Below are positions 31,702-41,558 of a stretch of DNA of 64,000 bases, piece after piece. The translations under genes were made by a program, and so were the position numbers. The stretch is from the NCBI GenBank assembly GCA_002780175.1, contig PEVT01000048.1, forward strand, positions 8,754 through 72,753, read 5' to 3'. Source of the stretch: Candidatus Moranbacteria bacterium CG06_land_8_20_14_3_00_40_12 (lineage in GTDB: Bacteria > Patescibacteriota > Minisyncoccia > Moranbacterales > UBA2206). The notes under the pieces are model-generated. The model did not search any database. It saw only the letters and a list, made by a program, of their open reading frames with translations, and was not told the origin of the DNA. Position 1 is the first letter of the stretch. Every line of letters begins with the position of its first letter.

Positions 31702-32158
31702 AAGATTACAAGCATTACTTCGGAAACCAGTTTATATAACAAAAGATTAGGTTATATGCACACGTTTCCGCAGCAGCAGGACTTTAACAATTGAACAGGT
31801 CTTACTAAAATATTGGATTTCGAGCGCAAGCGGAAATTCGAATTGAATATTTTGGTTAGTCTTCCGGCATCTTCGCAATAAGATGCTGGAAATAGGTTAT
31901 CTTTGTTTTTATGAAGAAAAAACAAAGAAAATTGCAAATAACAAATGTAATTAGAAATTGTTAACTGCTAATTAATTCCGATCTTCTTATGATCGGAAGA
32001 TTCCTGTGAAAAATCAGGAAAAGTTTAAGGTAAGTTACTCAAATGCGTATGGTGGATGCCTTGACATTAAAAAGCGACGAAGGACGTAGCTGGCTGCGAT
32101 AAGCCCCGGGGAGTTGTTAAGCAAACTGTGATCCGGGGATTTCCGAATGCGATAACGC

Positions 32159-32349
32159 AACCATTCTTCACTAACGTTCAGAATGAAATTTTAAAGACTA
32201 AATTTAAAATTTTAAATCAAATCTAAATGACTAAATTTTAAAAATTTAATCATTTGAAAATTTAAAATTCATTTAAAATTTATAATTTAAAATTGAAAAT
32301 TTACAGTTTTTGTAAATATAAAAGTTCTGAATATTAGCGAAGGATGGTT
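32159..32349 (+). other. 23S insertion/IVS near helix 9
   Basis: AACCATTCTTC...GAAGGATGGTT stem enclosing an AT-rich 7-mer hairpin. Confidence 0.8.
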
Positions 32350-32471
32350 ATTCTTAGCTGAATTCATAGGTTAAGAAAGCGCACCCTGGGAACTGAAACA
32401 TCTTAGTACCAGGAGGAAAAGAAAACAATTGTGATTCCGTCAGTAGTGGCGAGCGAAAGCGGAATAGCCTA

Positions 32472-32638
32472 AACCATTCTTCACTAACGTTCAGAATGAA
32501 ATTTTAAAGACTAAATTTAAAATTTTAAATCAAATCTAAATGACTAAATTTTAAAACTTTAATCATTTAAAAATTTAAAATTCATTTAAAATTTATAATT
32601 TAAAATTAAAAATTTCCGAGCAATAGCGAGGGATGGTG
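32472..32638 (+). other. 23S insertion/IVS near helices 15-16
   Basis: First 144 nt near-identical to 32159-32302. Confidence 0.8.
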
Positions 32639-32936
32639 TTGCGAGACAATCTTACTCGTTTAATCGGGACCGGTGAAAAATCATAGTGGAAAGCTCCTGG
32701 AAAGGACTGCCAAAGAAGGTGAAAGCCCTGTACATAAAATGATATTTTATCGGCGTGATTGCTCTCAAGTAAGACGGGACCGGTGAAATCCCGTCTGAAT
32801 CCGGGGCCACTATAGCTCCAAGGCTAAATATTTTTAATGATCGATAGCGAACTAGTACCGTGAGGGAAAGGTGAAAAGCATCCCGATGAGGGAGATGAAA
32901 TAGTATCTGAAACCATATGCTAACGAAGAGTCAGAG

Positions 32937-33119
32937 CCGTGCATAGCACGGAAGCTCCAAATCCAAAATCCCAAATCCAAAATAAATCCCAAATCCAAAA
33001 TCCCAAAGTTTAAAACATTGGGTCATTGGAAAATTGTCTGGCTTTGCCAGACTTGGCGTAGCCAAGGAATTTGTTTGGAAATTGGAAATTGGAAATTGGA
33101 AATTCCGCGCTGTGCGCGG
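32937..33119 (+). other. 23S insertion/IVS at helix 25
   Basis: Lies between GTCAGAG and TGATGGCGTGC; AAATCC/GGAAATT repeat hairpin. Confidence 0.8.
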
Positions 33120-33222
33120 TGATGGCGTGCTTTTTGTAGAACGAGCCAACGAGTTAGTTCTGTGCGGCTGGATAAGCTACTTTCGTAGCGGATCCACAGT
33201 GAAAGCGAGGCTTAACCGCCGT

Positions 33223-33413
33223 TCGTTCGTATCATACTGCGTGTGATACTCACTTAAAATCAAAATTAAAAAATCAAAAATTAAAATTTTGGTATGCGCT
33301 TCGCGCATGACAATTATAGATAAGTAATTGTCGCGAAGCGACTCCTTAATTTTTCATTTTGATATTTAATTTTTAAATTTTAGCGAGTATCGAGCGTAGC
33401 GAGATACGAGCGA
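33223..33413 (+). other. 23S insertion near helix 31 (about E. coli 650)
   Basis: TCGTTCGTATC...GATACGAGCGA stem with 7-mer arms, before TAGACCCGAA. Confidence 0.75.
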
Positions 33414-33923
33414 TTGTCGTACGGACTAGACCCGAAGCCAGGCGAGCTATTTATGAGCAGGGTGAATTTGGAGTAAAATCCAAAAGAGGCCCGAACCCAC
33501 GAGCCGTTCAACACTCGGGGATGACTTGTGAATAGAGGAGAAATTCCAATCGAGCTTGGCGATAGCTGGTTCTTCCCGAAATAGCTTGAGGGCTAGTGTC
33601 TTTTAAATGAGCTTAAAAGGTAGAGCTACTGAATGAGAATTCGCGGTTCGCCGTAGGATTCTCAACCAAACTCCGAATTTTTAAGTTTCTTATTAGGGCA
33701 GTCAGAAATCCGGGTCTAAGCTCGGATCTCAAAAGGGAAAAAGCCCAGACCGCAATCTAAGGTCCCCAAATTTATGTTAAGTGGAAAAGGAGGTGAAGTT
33801 TCTTATACACCTAGGAGGTTGGCTCAGAAGCAGCCATCCTTTAAAGAGTGCGTAACAGCTCACTAGTCTAGAGACTTTGCGCCGAAAATTTAACGGGGCT
33901 AAACATAATACCGAAGGTGCGGG

Positions 33924-34100
33924 TCAGTGTTATGCACTGGAAATCCCAAATCCAAAATCCCAAATCCAAAATAAATCCCAAATCCAAAATCCCAAAGTTT
34001 AAAACATTGGGTCATTGGAAAAGTGCCTGCCTGCCGGCAGGCAGGGAATTTGTTTGGAAATTGGAAATTGGAAATTGGAAATTCCAGCGCGTAGCGCTGG
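33924..34100 (+). other. 23S insertion/IVS at helix 45
   Basis: Lies between ACCGAAG and GGTAGGG; paralogous to the helix-25 insert. Confidence 0.8.
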
Positions 34101-35121
34101 CGGTAGGGAAGTGTTCTCTGCGCAGCGAAGTCCACGATGTGAATCGGGATGGAGCGCAGAGAAGTAAGAATGTTGGCATGAGTAACCACAATACCGATGA
34201 AAACTCGGTACACCGAAAGTCTAAGGTTTCCTGGGCAATGACAATCATCCCAGGGTTAGTCGGGCCTAAGGCGAGGCCGAAAGGCGTAGTCGATGGACAT
34301 ACGGTTAATATTCCGTAACTTCAAAAATTTTCGATGGAGCGACGTATCTTTGTAGTTTTTGCGCATTATTGGATTTGCGTATTTAATTTGAGGGTGCTTT
34401 TCAGGCAAATCCGGAAAGTATCGCCCAAGAATTAGGTGGAATTCCGACGTAAGTCGGGAGAACAAAGGCGAGCAAGGTACCAGGAAAAACTTCTAAGATT
34501 ATGATTTTTGAATCCGTACTAAAACCGACACAGGTAGACTGGGCGAGAAGCCTAAGGTGAACGGATGAACCTTCGTCAAGGAACTCTGCAATACAACTAG
34601 ACGTAAGTTAGCAAGATGTCTTTCCTACACCACCTTGATTCTTTAGATTATTTTTTAATAAGGAATCAGAGTGGTGTAGGACACAGTAAAAAATTTCAAG
34701 CGACTGTTTATCAAAAACACAGGTCTCTGCAAACTCGCAAGAGGAAGTATAGGGGCTGACGCCTGACCAGTGCTGGAACGTTAACGGAAGCGGTGCAAGC
34801 CAATTCCCGAAGCGCCAGTGAACGTCGGCGATAACTATAATCGTCCTAAGGTAGCGAAATTCCTTGTCAGGTAAGTTCTGACCCGCATCAAAGGCGTAAC
34901 GACTTGAAAACTGTCTCGACGAAGAGTCCGGTGAAATTGCAATGGCGGTAAAGATGCCGTCGACCTGCAGCAAGACGAAAAGACCCCGTGGAGCTTTACT
35001 ACAACTTGGTATTGACTTAGAGTTTTAGTTGCCGAGCTTAGGTGGGAGGCTGTGAAGTCCCGATTCTGGTCGGGATGGAGCCAACAAGTGGAATACCACC
35101 CTGCTGATGTTCTAAGTCTAA

Positions 35122-35248
35122 CCCTGGTCTGTTATGAGTCTACTAAGACGAATAACCATTGATGAACCAGAAAATATACTCAAATTGTTTAGTGTGTTTT
35201 TCATGGTTCAAAAATTTATTTAGTCTTAGTTATTCATACCAGACCGGG
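35122..35248 (+). other. Expanded 23S helix 79
   Basis: CCCTGGTCTG...CAGACCGGG long irregular hairpin between CTAA and ACAGTG. Confidence 0.7.
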
Positions 35249-35261
35249 AACAGTGCCTGGT

Positions 35262-35294
<33 letters not shown>

Positions 35295-35455
35295 GGCAAC
35301 GGAGGCGTTTACAAAGGTTGGCTAGGTCCGGATGGAAATCGGACTGATAGTACAAAAGCATAAGCCAGCTTTACTGAAAGACCCATAAGTCAATCAGTCA
35401 CGAAAGTGGAATTTAGTGAACCGACCATCGCTCATAGGAGCGTGGAAGATCATCA

Positions 35456-35488
<33 letters not shown>

Positions 35489-35620
35489 CCTCCCAAGAGT
35501 CCACATCGACGGAGGGGTTTGGCACCTCGATGTCGGCCCATCGCATCCTGGGGGTGGAGAAGCTCCCAAGGGTTTGGCTGTTCGCCAATTAAAGCGGTAC
35601 GCGAGCTGGGTTCAAACCGT

Positions 35621-35903
35621 AAAACAGCTTTTAGCTATTAGCTTATAGCTTTTAGGTAAAGGAAATTTTACAGTTTGAATCCGAGGTAAAGACATCACAA
35701 GCGGCGGCTTTTAGTAGCAATATTAAAAGTGAAGCTAACTTATATCGGTAAAATCCCGAATTCTCGGGACAATACCGAGGGAATGGTTCGACTTTGCTCA
35801 CCATGAGCGATAAGAATCGACCCGTAGAGACTAAACGTTAGCCTTCCTGAATTTTAGGGAAGAATTTATAGTCCATACACGCAGTAATGCGTGAACCAGT
35901 ATG
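35621..35903 (+). ncRNA. ORF-less group I intron at about L2593
   Basis: Splits AACCGT|CGTGAGACAG; 5' exon ends in U, intron ends in G; GTAGAGACTAAA and TATAGTCC (R/S-like) elements. Confidence 0.85.
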
Positions 35904-36098
35904 CGTGAGACAGGTTGGTCTCCTATCTGCTGTGGGCGTTTATTGCTTGAGAGGAGTCTTTTTTAGTACGAGAGGACCGAAAAGAACGAACCTCTGGTGT
36001 ACCAGTTGCATCGCCAGATGCACAGCTGGGTAGCTAAGTTCGGACTGGATAATCGCTGAAAGCATATAAGCGAGAAGCCATCCTCAAGATTAGGCAAT

Positions 36099-36268
36099 GC
36101 CAATGCGTAGCATTGGAATAACCAATGACCAAGTACCAATGACCAATAAATTTCCAATGACCGAATGAACAATTTTTAAATTAAAAGTTTGATTATTGGA
36201 GTTTGGGATTTGAGATTTTTTTGGAATTTGGAATTTGGAATTTGGAAATTCCACTGCTATGCAGTGGC
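36099..36268 (+). other. 23S insertion/IVS at helix 98
   Basis: GCCAATGCGTAGCATTGGAAT...ATTCCACTGCTATGCAGTGGC with CCAATGA/TTGGAAT repeats. Confidence 0.78.
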
Positions 36269-36530
36269 CGATTTCCTGGAAGATTACCAGGTCGCCGCGA
36301 GGCGAACCTCGCCAAAGCCGCAAGGCGGAGGCGGGTTGATAGGTCTCAGGTGTAAGTCCGGCAACGGATTAAGCCGAGAGATACTAATAAATTGAATTGT
36401 TACTTATCTTAAATTTTAATGACGCAGGCACATAGCAAATAACTTTGGGTTATTCGCTGTGGCCGCGTGTTGTTGGATTAGCAGTTAATAGTTTCTAATT
36501 TCGCGCTTTTTTTGATTTTAAACATATAAT

Positions 36531-36647
36531 TCTTGGTGTCTCTAGCGAAGTGGCAACACCTGATCCCATTCCGAACTCAGCCGTTAAGCACTTCAGCACC
36601 GATGATACCCCGACATTATGTCCGGGGAAAGTAGGCCGGTGCCAAGA
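36531..36647 (+). rRNA. rrf: 5S rRNA
   Basis: TCTTGGTG...CCCATTCCGAAC...GAAAGTAGG...TGCCAAGA. Confidence 0.93.
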
Positions 36648-37048
36648 ATTATGTGTTTAAAAAGGGCGTGGTTTTTTATTGGTCGCCGTCCGTTTATTTC
36701 GGATATGTTTCATAAAATCAAAGCATTTTCGTATAATTTTAAAAACTTCAAAATTACTGGATCTGGTTTAACATCAAAACCTTCGCGTTTTTTTTGTTTA
36801 TTCCGCGCCTTTTTACGCCAAGCGCGGACCTTAAAAAACTCATTAAAATCATTCATTTTCGCGGTAAGCCGCGAAATTTTTTGAAAGATGCGAGGTTTGA
36901 TTGTTTATGCTAAAATAAAAGCGAGCTAATTTAAACGATAATTCCCGCCAGAGGCGGGCAAGCTCGCCGTTTTATGCTTATAGTTTGCTGTAAAAATAAA
37001 ATTCAGAAATTTTTCTGGAATAAATATTACTAAATTAAAATTAAAAAA

Positions 37049-37879
37049 ATGGAAAAAAGAGATTTAAAAAGGTTGATTATAATTCTAATTTATCTTTTAA
37101 TTTTAGCCAGCCTTTCCTTGGCGGCTTATTTTTGGTTGCGGCCGAAAGAATCTTGTTTCGACCAAAAAATGAATCAGAATGAACAGGGGATAGATTGCGG
37201 CGGAATTTGCCAAAAAAGATGCAATCTTCTTCCGCAATTTGATTTAACGGTCGGGGAGAAAGGATTCGTGGAAAGCGGAATTTCCGGAAAATACGATCTT
37301 TTTGGGGAAATTTCCAATCCGAACAATGATTTTGGAAGCGGAAGTTTCAGCTATGAATTTAAAATTAAAGATTCAACCGGAATCACTTTAAACCAATTTT
37401 CCGGAAAAAGCTTTATTTTGCCCGGAGAAAAAAAATATCTGATTGCCGTCAATATACCGGCGGAATCTGTTCCCGGAGAAATAACCCTGGCAGTAAGCGA
37501 GGTAAAATGGGAGGAGTTCGTAAATTATGAAAAACCGCAACTGAAAATTATCAATCGGAGTTACCAGGAGACGAGTTCCGGGGTTGGTTTCAGCGAAGCC
37601 TTTGGCCTGCTTAAGAATGAAAGCCCCTTTGATTTTAGCACGATCAAAATCAACGTAGTTCTTAAAGATTATGCCGGTAAAATATTGGCTCTCAATTCGA
37701 CAATCATCAACACGGTTAAAACAGGAGAAAGCCGAGATTTCAAGGTTATTTGGCCGAGTAAATTTTCCGGAGAAGTTGAAGATATGGAATTTCAAACAGA
37801 AGTGAATGTTTTTAGTTCGGAGGCTTTTGTGGAAAGATATTTTAGAAGTAAAAAATTTCAGAAATACGATTATCAATAG
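37049..37879 (+). CDS. Membrane-anchored protein with Cys motif and two Ig-like (FxLYD-type) domains
   Basis: N-terminal TM, SCFDQKMNQNEQGIDCGGIC, repeated beta-sandwich pattern. Confidence 0.7.
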   Translation: MEKRDLKRLIIILIYLLILASLSLAAYFWLRPKESCFDQKMNQNEQGIDCGGICQKRCNLLPQFDLTVGEKGFVESGISGKYDLFGEISNPNNDFGSGSFSYEFKIKDSTGITLNQFSGKSFILPGEKKYLIAVNIPAESVPGEITLAVSEVKWEEFVNYEKPQLKIINRSYQETSSGVGFSEAFGLLKNESPFDFSTIKINVVLKDYAGKILALNSTIINTVKTGESRDFKVIWPSKFSGEVEDMEFQTEVNVFSSEAFVERYFRSKKFQKYDYQ

Positions 37880-37924
37880 ATTTTTGTTAAAAATTTTTTA
37901 ATAAAGTTATCCTGGAAATGAAAG

Positions 37925-39016
37925 ATGGTAAAAATTTTAAAATTAGACTGGTTGATGCTGGTAGTGGCGCTGCTTCTTTTGACGATTGGGCTGGCCGCTC
38001 TTTACAGCGTTTCTTTTTCAAGAAATGAATTTAATTCAGAATATTTTGTAAAGCAAATAATCGCTATTCTCATCGGAATAGGAATAATGTTTCTTTTGGC
38101 TTTATATGATTATCGCGCTTTTGGTTTTTTCAGCACCAGACTTTATCTGATTACGGTCTTAATTTTATTTGGAGTTATTTATTTCGGAGTTGAAGCTAGA
38201 GGCACTACGGGCTGGTTTGGGATCAGCGGTTTTAACTTCCAGCCGGTGGAATTGACCAAATTGGTCATGATAATTTTTTTGGCCAATTTTCTGTCTAAGA
38301 AAAAAAACGAATTGAGTATTTGGGTTAAGATTTTTTCTTCAACCATTTTGATTTTTATCCCCGTTTTTCTTATTTTAAAACAACCGGATTTCGGCTCGGC
38401 GATTATTATTATTGGAATTTGGCTGGGTATGTTTTTAGTTAGCGGTATCGATAAAAAAAATTTAATCATTTTTGTTTCAATTATACTGGTGGCGTTTTTT
38501 TCCAGCTGGCTTTTTTTAAGGGATTACCAGAAAGATAGAATAAAAAATTTCATCAATCCTTATAATGATCCCCGGGGCAGCGGATATAATGTTATTCAAT
38601 CAATAGTAGCGGTGGGTTCTGGAGGGGTTTGGGGAAAAGGCCTGGGTCATGGTTCGCAGAGCCAGCTTAATTTTCTGCCGGAAAAACATACGGATTTTAT
38701 TTTTGCCGCTATCGGAGAAGAACTGGGTTTTTGGGGCAGCGCGCTAGTTCTGGGACTTTTCGGAGTATTGCTTTATCAAATGAAAAATATCGCCCGTTTC
38801 GCCAGGGATAATGTTGGCTATCTGATGTCGGTCGGAATCATGATAATGTTTATTTTGCAAATTTTTATTAATATCGGAATGAATATCGGCATCGCGCCGA
38901 TTGCGGGAGTTCCGTTGCCGCTGTTGAGTTACGGAGGCAGTTCCATTATTATTATGTTAGCGTCTTTGGGCATCTTGCAAAGCATTTATATCAGAAAGAT
39001 AAAAACTCTTGACTAA
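37925..39016 (+). CDS. rodA: SEDS peptidoglycan polymerase RodA
   Basis: FQPVELTK, KQPDFGS, GYNVIQS, LPEKHTDFIF, LSYGGSS. Confidence 0.93.
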   Translation: MVKILKLDWLMLVVALLLLTIGLAALYSVSFSRNEFNSEYFVKQIIAILIGIGIMFLLALYDYRAFGFFSTRLYLITVLILFGVIYFGVEARGTTGWFGISGFNFQPVELTKLVMIIFLANFLSKKKNELSIWVKIFSSTILIFIPVFLILKQPDFGSAIIIIGIWLGMFLVSGIDKKNLIIFVSIILVAFFSSWLFLRDYQKDRIKNFINPYNDPRGSGYNVIQSIVAVGSGGVWGKGLGHGSQSQLNFLPEKHTDFIFAAIGEELGFWGSALVLGLFGVLLYQMKNIARFARDNVGYLMSVGIMIMFILQIFINIGMNIGIAPIAGVPLPLLSYGGSSIIIMLASLGILQSIYIRKIKTLD

Positions 39017-39042
39017 GCGCCTGTTTATGCTAGAATTCTTAA

Positions 39043-39375
39043 ATGAAAAATAAAAAAGATGATTTCCTTGACTTCGCCAAGTCTGGGGAAGCCAAACAGT
39101 CTTTCGTTAAATGTTCTGTTTGCCGGTATGATTTTAAACAAGAAAATCTGACGGTATTGGAGGAAAATCAACGGCAGAGCATTTTTCACGCTTCTTGTCC
39201 AAATTGTAAAACAGCCACTATGATTTTTTTGTCGAGTACTCATTCCGGATTGGTTAGTTTAGGGATGGCGACTGATTTGAATCAAGAGGAAGCTAAATTC
39301 TTTTTTGGCCGGGAAGCCGTGAATGTCGACGAAGTTATAGACGTGCATAGCCTGCTTTTTAAAGGTAAAATATAA
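39043..39375 (+). CDS. Hypothetical Zn-ribbon protein
   Basis: CSVC...HASCPNC; promoter TTGACT-16-TAGAAT. Confidence 0.75.
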   Translation: MKNKKDDFLDFAKSGEAKQSFVKCSVCRYDFKQENLTVLEENQRQSIFHASCPNCKTATMIFLSSTHSGLVSLGMATDLNQEEAKFFFGREAVNVDEVIDVHSLLFKGKI

Positions 39376-39427
39376 TTTTTAATCAATTGAAAAATCCTGT
39401 TTCAATAAAGAGGGTAAAAAGAAGAAT

Positions 39428-40126
39428 ATGGAAGAAATAATCCTAAAGGCAAAATTAAGAAAAGAATTGGGAAAAAAAATCAATGCCGGCAGGCGCGCCG
39501 GAATGATTCCGGCAGTTTTGTATGGTAAGGGAGCGGACAATGAAAATTTATGGATTGAAACGTTGGATTTAAAAAGATTGCTGAAAAAATCAGGAGAAAG
39601 CGTGATTATTAATTTGGAAATTGAAAACGGGAAAAAACACAACGTTTTGATTAATGAATTGCAAGAAAATCCCGTGAACAGAAATTATATCCACGTGGAT
39701 TTTTATCGCGTGAAAATGGATGAAAAAATTGAGACAGAAATTGAATTGGTTTTTACGGGCGAATCCAAAGCTGTTAAGGAGTCCGGCGGGATATTGGTAA
39801 GGAGTTTGGATAAGATAAAAATCAAGTGTTTCCCCAAAGATATGCCTTCATATATCAACGTCGATATTTCCAATCTGAATGCTTTTAATGATCGTGTTTC
39901 CATAAAAGATTTAAAAATTGATCCGATGATTGAAGTTAAAACTGATCCCAAAACAGTGGTAGTTTCAGTCGCTCCTCCGAGATCCGAAGAAGAACTGAAA
40001 GAATTGGAAGGCAAAGTGGAAGAAGATGTGACGAAAGTTGAAGGCGTAGTGAAAGAAACTCCGGAAGGAGAAGAATTGAAAGAGCCAGTCGAAACTTCCA
40101 AAAAAGAGAAATCCGACAAGAAATAG
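39428..40126 (+). CDS. rplY: 50S ribosomal protein L25/Ctc
   Basis: IPAVLYG, HVDFY, acidic tail. Confidence 0.93.
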   Translation: MEEIILKAKLRKELGKKINAGRRAGMIPAVLYGKGADNENLWIETLDLKRLLKKSGESVIINLEIENGKKHNVLINELQENPVNRNYIHVDFYRVKMDEKIETEIELVFTGESKAVKESGGILVRSLDKIKIKCFPKDMPSYINVDISNLNAFNDRVSIKDLKIDPMIEVKTDPKTVVVSVAPPRSEEELKELEGKVEEDVTKVEGVVKETPEGEELKEPVETSKKEKSDKK

Positions 40127-40145
40127 CCCGATGATAGCACATGAG

Positions 40146-40182
40146 AAAGCCGTTAAAACAGACAGTTTTAACGGCTTTTTTT
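40146..40182 (+). terminator. Intrinsic terminator
   Basis: AAAGCCGTTAAAAC-loop-GTTTTAACGGCTTTTTTT. Confidence 0.85.
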
Positions 40183-40210
40183 ATTATCTCCAGGATGGTA
40201 TAATAATTTT

Positions 40211-41398
40211 ATGAAATTAAGCTTTAGAAAAATAGCCCTAATTTTTTTGATTGGTCTTTTCGGCTTTTTCAATTTTTTAAATTTTCCGGTTAAAGCGGCG
40301 GATGATTCTGACGAAATCAAGGAAAAGATAGAAAAATATGAGGATAAACTGGAAGATGTGACTAAGGAATTGCAGCAAAGCCAGGGATTATTGCAAAAAA
40401 CGACCAGGGAAGTTATGACAACCCGGAGCCTGATTGAAAAAACCAGTTCGGAAATAACCCGCAAGGAAGCCGAAGTTAAAAATTTAAATAATCGGATTGA
40501 ATTGAACAGAAAAATTTTAAGTGAATACGTGCGTCAAGTTTATTATAATGACGAGGAAAGTCTGCTGGTCCGGCTGGCTCTCGGAGAAGATAGTTTAGGG
40601 GGAATTTTAGGAAATTTAAACCAATCGCTGGGAATAAAAGACCGAATTTTAAATTTATTGGAAGAAACAAAAAAATCCAAAGAAGAATTAGAAAAAGTTA
40701 AAACTGAGCTGACAGGTAAAAAAGAAGAACATGAAGAGCTCTTGGTCATCAAAAAAAATGAACAAGCTGAAATTCAGCAAGATGTACGAGAAACACAGAT
40801 AACATTAGCAGAAATTCAACAGAAAATGTCAAAATTGAGAAGTACTCTGTCTGCTTTTTTAGGGAAATCATTTACTATAGATGATGTCGTTAAGGAGGTA
40901 ACATATGCCAGCGGAAAAACAGGAGTAAGAAAAGAATTTTTATTTGCCGTTCTTGATAAGGAAACAGATTTGGGAAGGTTTACTGGTGGATGTACTTATA
41001 AAAATAGTAAGATGGGCGCTACAAATGAAAAAATCTTTAAAGGTATTTGTGATGACTTAGGATATGATTATAAAAAGATGAAAGTTTCTTGTCCTTTGAG
41101 TTATGGGATTGGGGGGGCAATGGGCGTAGCGCAGTTTATGCCTTCAACATGGATAAATCCAAAATATGCACCCAGAATTGCTGCTATTACAGGAAATAAA
41201 CCAGCTAATCCGTGGAGTTTGAAAGACGGTATTTTGGGTATGGCTCTTTATTCAAAAGATAAGGGTGGAGATAAAAAAAGTGGTGAGCATACAGCCGCTG
41301 CCGCGTATCATTGCGGGAGTAATTTATCTCGAACGGTATGTCAAAATTATGCCAACTCGGTTATCAGTTGGTCAAAGGGGTATGATGATTATTTCTAG
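40211..41398 (+). CDS. Secreted coiled-coil protein with C-terminal lytic transglycosylase
   Basis: Signal peptide, CwlO-like coil, KET catalytic motif, GAMGVAQFMPSTW. Confidence 0.85.
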   Translation: MKLSFRKIALIFLIGLFGFFNFLNFPVKAADDSDEIKEKIEKYEDKLEDVTKELQQSQGLLQKTTREVMTTRSLIEKTSSEITRKEAEVKNLNNRIELNRKILSEYVRQVYYNDEESLLVRLALGEDSLGGILGNLNQSLGIKDRILNLLEETKKSKEELEKVKTELTGKKEEHEELLVIKKNEQAEIQQDVRETQITLAEIQQKMSKLRSTLSAFLGKSFTIDDVVKEVTYASGKTGVRKEFLFAVLDKETDLGRFTGGCTYKNSKMGATNEKIFKGICDDLGYDYKKMKVSCPLSYGIGGAMGVAQFMPSTWINPKYAPRIAAITGNKPANPWSLKDGILGMALYSKDKGGDKKSGEHTAAAAYHCGSNLSRTVCQNYANSVISWSKGYDDYF

Positions 41399-41558
41399 TT
41401 TTTAGCATAAAAATCCGTGTTAAATAAAAAATTCCTAGCTATTTCTGGGATTTTTTTGTTATTTTTCTTAGAAAGGAAAACAATCATTAAGCCTTGAAAA
41501 AAAACTGAAAGTGAAATATACTGTGATTACGTAAAGATTAGCTAAAATAACCTGAAAT

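Noticed and set aside
31440-32028. 16S rRNA, spacer tRNA or known ncRNA in the 23S leader
   Set aside because: No conserved 16S or tRNA motifs; only generic hairpins and repeat elements
32931-34318. ORFs inside 23S inserts as IVS-encoded proteins or homing endonucleases
   Set aside because: They are translations of 7-mer repeats (KSQIQNPKSK, WKLEIGNWK) running into rRNA sequence; no LAGLIDADG, GIY-YIG or four-helix-bundle signature
34622-34681. Insertion at 23S helix 63
   Set aside because: Hairpin of about 58 nt is within ordinary variation for this helix and has no element signature
35621-35903. Intron-encoded homing endonuclease
   Set aside because: Intron is 283 nt with no suitable ORF
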